A DNA stretch of 64,000 bases, from assembly GCF_009914755.1 (NCBI RefSeq), contig NC_060931.1. The stretch is one strand, 5' to 3'. Below are positions 14,321-64,000 of the stretch, one piece after another. The position numbers were made by a program, and so were the translations under genes. Under the pieces are notes generated by a model. It searched no databases. It saw only the letters and a list, made by a program, of their open reading frames with translations, and was not told the DNA's origin. Numbering within the stretch: position 1 is the stretch's first letter; the number at the start of each line of letters is the position of its first letter. This stretch comes from the human T2T-CHM13v2.0 reference genome, Homo sapiens.

Positions 14321-15129
14321 GTAAGTTACTATGAATTCAAAAATGGTGAACTTCAATAGCATTCATTCTGTCAGATAGTGAGTTTATTTGATCTGTTGGA
14401 ATTTTAGGTGCAGAGTTCTTTTTCAAAATATAGGAATGTGCAGAAACAATTAAGGAAAACAGACTTGGAAACTTTGATCTGAATGGAGTCCTCTTTAAGT
14501 CTTTTATAACTGGGCTTCACTACAATACCTTGAGCCTTTTGTTTTCTCTGAGGCTTTTTCTCACTTAACCTGTGTGTCTGCATCTGTGTCTGCATTTGTG
14601 TGTGTGCTTATCAAGCACAGGGAATATTGAAGAACACAAAAAAGTTTGAAGGTGACAATTCAAAGTCTATCCACTGGCAATCTTGTAATCTCTTTCAATA
14701 CAGCAATTGTTCTCTAGCGGTGAAGATTTTGAAAGAGATTCCCAAATTCATGTCCACACCAAGTATTTTCTGTAGTCTGATGAACAGTTGTCTCATGTAT
14801 GAAAGACTGTTTTTCAAATAAGCTTATATGCACTGGTTTATAATATACAGATTCCTTTTTATGCACTATTGAATTTATAGATATTTTATAAAACACTTTA
14901 TCAACAAATAACAAAAGTATAAGCAATTGTCATGAGATCTTAATTTTTTCATAATGTTTTAAAAGGATCCTCATTCTTAAGATGTTAGAAACCATTGCAA
15001 TACAAGATCTAGAAGATTACATCTTTTCTCTAATCTTACCAGTTAGCAGTGGCTATCTTAGTGTGTGTTGATCCAACTTGGCTATTTGAAATGACAAAGC
15101 ATGGGAATGTAAATTAAAACAACTGCTGT

Positions 15130-15396
15130 GGTCCGGCATGGTGGTTTACGCCTGTAATCCCAGCACTTTGGGAGGCCGAGGCGGGCGGATCACCTGAGGT
15201 CAGGAGTTCGAGACCAGTCTGGCCAACATGGTGAAACTCTCTCTTTACTAAAAATACAAAAATTAATTGGGCGTGGTGGCAGGAGCCTGTAATCCCAGCT
15301 ACTCGGGAGGCTGAGACACAAGAATTACTTGAACCAGGAGGTGGAGGTTGCAGTGAGCCGAGATTGGGCCACTGCACTCCAGTGAGATTCTGTCTC

Positions 15397-15427
<31 letters not shown>
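15130..15427 (+). mobile_element. Alu (AluS) with (CAAAA)n tail
   Basis: Alu dimer with small 3' deletion; microsatellite tail. Confidence 0.93.
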
Positions 15428-18319
15428 CTGATCTTTTAAATTTTAAATTTAAGTGAACACATACTATTTCACTTCTCAATATCTACCCTAAAGAAATACT
15501 TGCATCGTGCAATAGGGGAAAAAATGAAAGAACCCAAAATGTCTTTCTATAGAATGGTTAAACTGTGCTATCCTATTACATAAATGATGAAAATAAAGGT
15601 ATGCCCTAGTGAACTGATTTTGGCAAGTCCTCAAACACATTATTAAATTTTTTACATGGCAAAATAACTATATTATATATCCCATGTATGTAAAAAATAC
15701 AGCATTGCAAGATGCAAATCCAAACTTGATTAACTATTTGGTTATCTAGGTAATTACTCAGAGTAATACTGTGATTATCAACATAAAATAAGTAAATATT
15801 TGTACTCTCTATAGACTTAAACTGTTCTTTTTCATTCTCTCTGAGTCTTTAATGCTCCTAAACATGTAATAAAATCAGCACCCTCCCCATAAAAATGTCT
15901 ATTATTTTTCCCTGATTTAATTTTTAAACATGGCTTCCTCATAAGAGATCTTGTCTTGTTAATAAAATACTATTGCCACAATTTTACTTGAACCTTTAAG
16001 GATGATGTCCTATAGTCTCAAACCAGAAGATACCAAAATGGAGAAAAGACAAAATGAAGGGAATAAGAGCAACATTCTTTAAACTACGGGGAACACGGAG
16101 TAAAAAAATCAAACAAGACGACCTATACTATAGTTGAGATGAAAATAAGAATTTTGCCAGTGTTGCAGAAGTTTTGAGAAATATTTGCTAGGGAAGCTGG
16201 GGTCGGGGGACACTGGGGCAAGAGGAAAACTCGTTCCTTGCTCCAGTGTCTTGCTACGGAAGCTTCTGCAAGTTCTTCTGGCTCTCGTCTGGCATATATT
16301 TAGACCCTGGCCCTTCCAAATGTAATAACATCTCATTGGTCTCCTCATTTGCCATGTCTGCAAGACTTTAATTCATTTGAACTTTCTATCTGAAAGGCAC
16401 AAACTAAAACATGGTTATCTTGTTACTTAAATACACTGAGGCAGCAAGGCCTGGTGTTAAAGACCTAAAATATCTTCAGTGTAAAAGCCACAGCATTAGA
16501 AGAGAGCTTTCCCATTGCATATATATTTTTTTCTTATCTTGTAACACCAGGGCCCTTAAGCAATGGTTCCAGGAATGGAAGAAAAGCCAATCCTCTCTAC
16601 TTTTTCATGCTACTCGTACAATCAAATAACATCATGTGGTTATTATGGACTTTTAAAATTCGTTGCATTTATTCGTCAGTGTGAACACACACACACAAGA
16701 TTATTTCTCTTTCTCCAAAATATCCAATGAGCCATGTTGCTGTCAGCTGACCTTTGCTGCAGAAAGGTACCTTTCTCCAAGTGTTTGTGCCAACAGATGA
16801 GCTAAAAGCAGTTACCAAGTAACAAAGTGGAATACTCCACAATAAACCCTCTTCCAACCAGCATAGGTGGGAAGTTCATGGATTCTGGTCAAACAAACAT
16901 TTTATTTCATAGAGAAGTACTTTATAGATCATTTGTGGATTGCCAGTTTTTTTAAAAAATAGATCCACAATAAAATGCATTTGATTTAAACTCTATTAAA
17001 CAAAATTCAATAATTCTCAGATGATTCAGATAAACTTCAGGATCCCACACTCCTTCTGAATCATCTGGGAACATCACTTGGCTTTGTTCTGTAGCATATG
17101 GCAAACAGGTTAATACTGGCATCTGCTGAATTTTCACAGAAGGAACAAATGGATTATTATGCTTTTATTACAATCCAGTGGTTGGTTAGGTATGATTTTT
17201 ACTAGTCAGCAGCATTTCAAATACATTTAAATCTGGCGTGTGGAAAATCAGAAATGTCAACATTTTGTCTTTCACTGAAGCATGAAGCAGACCCTGTGCT
17301 ATCGTTTGATATAATAAGGATCCTGTGTACTTGTCTTTTTGGACAAATTCTGCTTTGTGGTGAAATTAGCTTTCATGCATTACTGGTATTAAATTGACAA
17401 TTTGTCGATGATTATCAAAAGCCTTTAAAATGAGCATACTCTTAAACTCGGAAATTAAACTCAGAAATTCTAACTTCTGAGAAGTTTTCCTAAGTAAATA
17501 ATTGAACAAGTGATTAAAGTGAGTCTGTAATAATGTCCTTAGCAGCATTGTTTATAAGAAGATATAAAGTTGAAAACAATCTTAAATGTGCCTCAGTAGA
17601 AAATTGGTTAGTCATAATAGATCCATGTAATCATTATGTATGTGTATACCTAAGTGGTAATACTGTGTTGCTATTGAAATTATATATTGCTAACATGTTA
17701 AAAATAGTCATAAACAAGGTAAATTAAAGAAATGGTTTGTGAAATGATATGTATGACATAACCCTATTTTATTAAAAACAAAAATGTCTGTGCATGCACA
17801 GGAAAATGGTAGAATATATCACATACTCATCATGTTCAAATCTGGGTTTGCATGATTCTCGGGAGTGGCTTTTACTTTCTCCTTTATATATTTTGAATTG
17901 TTTGGTTTTAAAAAAAATTTATGTGTGCGTTGCTTTTAAAATCCAAAAGAATGAACAATTCAGGGTACTTTTTTTTCAATTTCGGAAGAAAAAATAATAA
18001 ACCTGTGGTGTTAGTAGGATGGGAAGCTCACCATGAGGGAGAGGCCTAAAAGCTAAGAAATGACTGTTTGCTTTGCTTGCCTAACGCTAATGTAGGGAGC
18101 CTCAGAGTTGAAGAATTTTCACCCCTATCAAGTCATTTGGCATGGACACAATTTTACCTATAAAGTCAACTGATATGTTCTTGAACCAGCAACTGGACAT
18201 GTTATGATTGAAAATGCCATGAAACCATTTTAGCTCTTTTTTTGTTCTTAACTTTGTAAATAATTTTAATATGTTTCTTTATTAGTAGTCATAAAAAGAT
18301 CCATAGATATTTTGCCCCG

Positions 18320-18693
18320 TGATATCGTTAGGCTTTGTGTCCCTACCCAAATCTCATCTTGAATTGTACTCCCCGTAATCTCCATGTGTCAAGAGAGAGA
18401 CCAGGTGGAGGTAACTGAATCATGGGTGCAGTTTCCCCCGTGCTATTCTCATGACAGTGAGTTCTCACGAGATCTGATGGTTTTATAAGGGGGGGCTCTT
18501 CCTCCTTCACTTGGCGCTTCTTCCTGCCACCTAGTGAAGAAGGTGCCTTGCTTCCCCTTCACCTTCTGCCATAATTGTAAGTTTCCTGAGGCCTCACCAG
18601 CCATGCTGAACTGTGAATCAATTAAACCTCTTTCCTTTATAAGTTACCCAGTCTCGGGCAGTTCTTTATAGCAGTGTGAAACGGACTAATACA
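18320..18693 (+). mobile_element. MaLR solo LTR (THE1D/MSTA-like)
   Basis: TG...CA ends: tgatatcgttaggctttgtgtccc...aattaaacctctttcctttata...ggactaataca. Confidence 0.88.
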
Positions 18694-19031
18694 CTCTAGT
18701 AGCTGTGTATCCTAGAAAATGGGCTCCCAATGGAGAATGATTGCCTATAAACTTTAAGCTGTACCAAGCAAGAAGAGGTAGAAGAGATAGTGGAGATGAT
18801 CGGTTGTTCAGGTTGCTCCACTGAGAAATCAAAGATGAAGAGAGGTTACATGTGATGTGGCCTACGTGGCAAATCTAGTTCATGTCAGAGCTAACAGCCA
18901 GCAATATCCAGCCATGAAGCCCAGTGGGTAGGTGAAAAGAGAAAGATGGTAAGTTCTGAAAATAGTGGGAAATTAAGGACTTAAGGTTATATTCCATTAA
19001 GGGGACGGAGGAGTTTTGCTTTTAGGATAGG

Positions 19032-19390
19032 TGTATAAGTTCGTTCTTGCACTGCCGTAAAGAACTGCCCAAGATGGGTAATTTATAAAGAAAAGAGGTT
19101 TAACTGACTCACTCATAGCTGGGGAGGCCTCAGGAAACTTACAATCATGGAGGAAGGGGAAGCAGGCACCTTCTTTACAAAGCAGCAGAAGAGAGAAGAG
19201 TGAGCGAAGGAGGAACTTGCCAAACACTTATAAAAACCTTGAGAGAATTCACTCACTGTCACGAGCACAGCATGAGGGAACCACCCCCATGATCCAGTCA
19301 GCTCCCACCACATTCCTTCCTCAACACCTGACACGGGGGATTACAATGCAAGATGAGATTTGGGTGGGGACACAAAGCCTAACCCTATCA
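19032..19390 (-). mobile_element. MaLR solo LTR (THE1D/MSTA-like), inverted relative to its neighbour
   Basis: Reverse complement of the same LTR family; perfect 5-bp TSD atagg. Confidence 0.88.
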
Positions 19391-20931
19391 ATAGGGATGT
19401 CCCATACGGAGTTTTATGCCTCTTGCTTGTCTTGGAAGAAGAAGGCCCCAAGTAACAGTCATGACCTCATGGCTGATCCAGAGATGTAGAAAAGCAAATT
19501 GAGACTTCCTGTTTGATTAGTTTAGGAAGCAGTTATTAAGGATTGATTCTCCCTGTTGCGGTTAAAGCTGTCTACCAAGAAATAAGCCAAAGGAACATTA
19601 GGCCAAGAATCTGAAGGGTGAAGCCAAACCACTGGGAAGGGCTTTCTACTTCAACTACAATGTGATTGAATTAGAAAGGAACATTCGAATCCTGTCATGT
19701 CACCTCAAATTCAACAAGTCTAAAATTGAACTCATTTTTCCTCACGAAGCGGCTCCTTAACTGAACTTTCCTAATAACAGGAAGACACTGCAGTGTAGAA
19801 TGCTTTGCCACAACATATCTATCTATTATTTCATTTGATTGTCACACACAAGAAAATTTAACTCTAAAATTTAACTTTAAATTTAACTTTAAAAGGTTAA
19901 TCAAAGGGCTGCAAATTAGTAAGAGACCAATTCTAAAACCCAAGTTTTCTGAATCCTAATCTAGTCATCCATTATCAACTATATCACATTGCCCCCCCAT
20001 ATTTGTGAAATAAACCAGCCCATTTTATAGAATTACTAAGTGACATTTTATTTGTATTGGCTTTTGAGGATTGCACATGAGCAGATTTTAGTAAATATGA
20101 AGTCAGATTTTCTCAAGTAGCAAAGAAGAAACCAACCAACCTTCGGAATCATTAATCCTGTTTTTTATGAGATACCTCAGTGAAAAAACATTCATAGCAT
20201 TCTTATTATTGAAGTCAAAAGATGACACAGATGAAATAAAGTACTGACTCTAAGCCTAAAAATGCCTAACTTACAACTCTAACATGAGCAAACCATCATC
20301 AGTTATATTAGGTTAATATATGGTATAAGTAGTATGGTTCTACTGTTTTGTTTTAATTTGCAAATTATTTTGGCTTTGCAATGATATAAGAATTATAAGC
20401 CTGTTCTAGAGAAGTACCATGCAACATTGTACCTATAGTTAACAATATGGTTAACAATTTTAACAATTTAAAGTGTATTGTACACTTTAAAATATGCCAA
20501 CAGGGTGGATTTCATGTTAAGTGTTCTTACCACAGTTTTAAAAAGAATTATTAGCATGAAATGTTTACATATCTGGGTTTCTATTTTGTAGATATGTAAG
20601 TAACATTGTAATAAAAACACTGTAACTCTCCAATACAAAAAGCAGCTTCCTACACAATGCAGCCCCATACCCATACCCAACCCATTGACCCATCAAGCCA
20701 GCACCCATCCTTTCTTGGCACTCTGTATCTCAGTACACATTCTACCTTCAAAAACAGCTAAGTCAAACGTGTCAAAATAGCTATTTCCTCTTGAGTTTGA
20801 GCATCTGCAGTTGCCCAGCCCCAATTCTTTATTTGGAAATAAGTATTAGGAGAAACATATCTAGCATAGTGATATTGATTTGTAATTTCCTCAAATAGAC
20901 ATTCACTTTAGATGACTACAAAAGCTAAATA

Positions 20932-21175
20932 GAGCTCAGGAGCTCGAGACCATCCTGGGCAACATAATGAAACACCATCTCTTAAAAAAAAAAATACAAA
21001 AGTTAGCTGGGTGTGGTGGTGTGCACCCATAGTCCCAGCTACTCAGGAGGCTGAGGTGGGACAATTGCTTGAGCCTGGGAGGTCAAGGCTGCAGTGAGCT
21101 GTGATCACACCACTGCATTCTGGCCTGGGTGACAGAGTTAGACTGTGTCTCAAAAAAAAAAAAAAAAAAAAAAAA
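20932..21175 (+). mobile_element. 5'-truncated Alu (AluJ)
   Basis: Starts in the left arm, long polyA, TSD aaaagctaaata. Confidence 0.9.
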
Positions 21176-21468
21176 GCTAAATAATATATACACATGTGAA
21201 GTCCTCTGTGTCTCTTCTGCCTTCTTCAGCTCATAGACATCTATCTAAATACACACCTGTGGGCCATTGTGATGTGCCCAGCATGTGGGTGGTATGATAC
21301 TAAGGCACATTTTAGAGCAAAAGAGGGGGGCCTTAAAGGGAGCTGCCACCCCTTCAAAATGCACTGACTCTGAAGCATCCTACCAATTGTCAGTAACACC
21401 TTCTCTCGCCAGGGAAAAGGAACTGGAGGGAAAAACAAAATCCAAGCAAAGAAGATATCCTACTCCCA

Positions 21469-21582
21469 ATTTTAATAATATTTATTATTTAATATAATAT
21501 TTAATTTTAATAATATGTATTATTTAATAATATTTATTATAATATAATATTTATTATAATTATTAAATAATTTTAATAATTT
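21469..21582. repeat. AT-rich low-complexity tract
   Basis: ~110 bp almost entirely A/T. Confidence 0.85.
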
Positions 21583-21749
21583 TGGCTTATTAGCACCAAA
21601 GTCCCGGTTTGGTAGTGTAACTTGATTCTTTTCTGATCTTCGTGACAGTGTCTACACAAATAACTCATGCAACATGCTGTATCTTTTGAAGTAAGCATTT
21701 TGTTTATTTTTGGTTCAATACTTTGGGTCCCTTCTTCTAAATCTTACAA

Positions 21750-22105
<356 letters not shown>

Positions 22106-22352
22106 TTAAGTTGTTATTTGGTCATTGTAAATTATCTTCTGTAGCTATTGGATTCATGTTTTTCAAATAGTTAAAAGTTTGAAAGCTAGCTGACTAGGTC
22201 GCTAAACTTAAGGAACTGAACCATCCTTTTAGACGTATGTGGTTCATTAAGCAGTGAAGTTCAGAAAAGGGCTCAGGGCTGTTCCTGCCAAGAGGTTGGT
22301 GAAGACACGTGGCAAGTGGCACGCTCAAGAGGTTGTCTTTGTAATGTTGCAG

Positions 22353-62140
<39,788 letters not shown>

Positions 62141-64000
62141 GACAGTTCCAGAAAGAACCCAAGCTCAAGACGCAGGACGAGCTCAGTTGTAGAGGGCTAA
62201 TTCGCTCTGTTTTGTATTTATGTTGATTTACTAAATTGGGTTCATTATCTTTTATTTTTCAATATCCCAGTAAACCCATGTATATTATCACTATATTTAA
62301 TAATCACAGTCTAGAGATGTTCATGGTAAAAGTACTGCCTTTGCACAGGAGCCTGTTTCTAAAGAAACCCATGCTGTGAAATAGAGACTTTTCTACTGAT
62401 CATCATAACTCTGTATCTGAGCAGTGATACCAACCACATCTGAAGTCAACAGAAGATCCAAGTTTAAAATTGCCTGCGGAATGTGTGCAGTATCTAGAAA
62501 AATGAACCGTAGTTTTTGTTTTTTTAAATACAGAAGTCATGTTGTTTCTGCACTTTATAATAAAGCATGGAAGAAATTATCTTAGTAGGCAATTGTAACA
62601 CTTTTTGAAAGTAACCCATTTCAGATTTGAAATACTGCAATAATGGTTGTCTTTAAAAAAAAAAAAGAAATGTACTGTTAAGGTATTACTTTTTTTCATG
62701 CTGATGATTCATATCTAAATTACATTATTATGTTAGCTGACAGTGGTACTGATTTTTTAGGTTGGTTGTTTTGTGGATTTCTTTAGTAGTGATAGTAGCC
62801 TGAACCACATTTTAGATAACTCAATTATGTATGTATGTGCATACACATATACAAACACACTAATGGTAGAATGCTTTTTTATGTGCTAGACTATTATATT
62901 TAGTAGTATGTCATTGTAACTAGCCAATATCACAGCTTTTGAAAAATTAAAAAATCACACTATATTAATATTTCATATTTGCCAACAGAAACATGGCAGA
63001 TAGGTATCAATATGTTTTCAATGCCTGATGACCTATAAGAAGAAAGTATTGAAAAGAAGAGAGATTAGAACTGTTAGAAGGAGTTGAAATTTTCTAAAAG
63101 ACATAGTATTTAGTTTATAATTAAATGCATTCTTGAAGTCCAGTGTGAATTTTATTAATGCTATCATCTCGACCAAGCTCAAAGCCTACTTATTAGAAAC
63201 AATGAAGTTCACAATAGGTCATAAGGTCTCTTCCTTTTCTAAAATTGAAAGACAAGAAATTTAGTGCCAATATTGTACAGACAGAAATTCCATGTATGAG
63301 TCTCAACAAAGACTACCTTTGGCTAAATGTCTAGAAGCAGAGAAGTAAAGTGAGCAAAATCCAGTGTTGAGGAGTCATGACAGTACTTTGATCTTTATAT
63401 ACTCTGAAGCATTTCTTCAAACTTTTCTACTTTTGTCATTGATACCTGTAGTAAGTTGACAATGTGGTGAAATTTCAAAATTATATGTAACTTCTACTAG
63501 TTTTACTTTCTCCCCCAAGTCTTTTTTAACTCATGATTTTTACACACACAATCCAGAACTTATTATATAGCCTCTAAGTCTTTATTCTTCACAGTAGATA
63601 ATGAAAGAGTCCTCCAGTGTCTTGGCAAAATGTTCTAGTATAGCTGGATACATACAGTGGAGTTCTATAAACTCATACCTCAGTGGACTTAACCAAAATT
63701 GTGTTAGTCTCAATTCCTACCACACTGAGGGAGCCTCCCAAATAACTATTTTCTTATCTGCAGTATTCCTCCAGAAGAGCTAACCAGGGCAGGGCTGGCA
63801 TGAGAAGTGACATCTGCGTTACAAAGTCTATCTTCCTCATAAGTCTGTAAAGAGCAATTGAATCTTCTAGCTTTAGCAAACCTAAGCCAAAGGAAGGAAA
63901 GCCACGAAGAATGCAGAAGTCAAACCCTCATGACAAAGTAGGCACAAGTCTACAATAAGCTAAATCAGAATTTACAAATACAAGTGTCCCAGGTAGCATT
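62141..64000 (+). other. CALD1: CALD1 3'UTR (appears to continue beyond the window)
   Basis: AT-rich sequence after the stop codon with no recognisable interspersed repeats; AATAAA at 62559, ATTAAA at 62946 and 63120. Confidence 0.85.
62559..62564 (+). terminator. Candidate proximal polyadenylation signal AATAAA
   Basis: Canonical hexamer in the 3'UTR with T-rich sequence downstream; usage not shown. Confidence 0.5.

Noticed and set aside
14120-14359. 79-aa ORF-track ORF overlapping the candidate exon
   Set aside because: Its frame reaches the donor in phase 0 and would be out of frame with exon 2; only the 14235 frame is compatible. It could at most act as an overlapping upstream ORF.
63601-63783. 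60-aa ORF in the 3'UTR
   Set aside because: Length expected by chance; no recognisable homology or splice context.

Overview
Human genomic DNA (primate Alus, GT-AG introns) containing the 3' part of CALD1 (caldesmon) on the + strand. The first ~22 kb is a large upstream intron; the known first coding exons lie before the window. Twelve coding exons (classic numbering 2-13) were traced by splice sites and translation from 22353 to the stop codon at 62138-62140, followed by a 3'UTR running off the window end. The exons total 2311 nt; with the 71 coding nt expected upstream this gives the 793-aa h-caldesmon. The h-/l-caldesmon switch is visible as two competing 5' splice sites 687 nt apart (27198, 27885), a 4x32-nt purine-rich repeat and a 78-nt cassette exon. 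The introns hold ~23 Alus plus L1, L2, MIR, MaLR/ERVL LTR and hAT remnants. Best leads: (1) a candidate internal promoter with an in-frame alternative first coding exon at ~13560-14326; (2) a CAC-rich module and a polypyrimidine-less acceptor at the cassette exon; (3) mutually exclusive RNA hairpins behind the h-CaD donor; (4) an overlapping CArG/TEAD element at ~1450; (5) an unexplained 113-bp ungapped duplication in the last intron. These are hypotheses from sequence only, and some may already be annotated. Repeat subfamily names and old-repeat boundaries are approximate.
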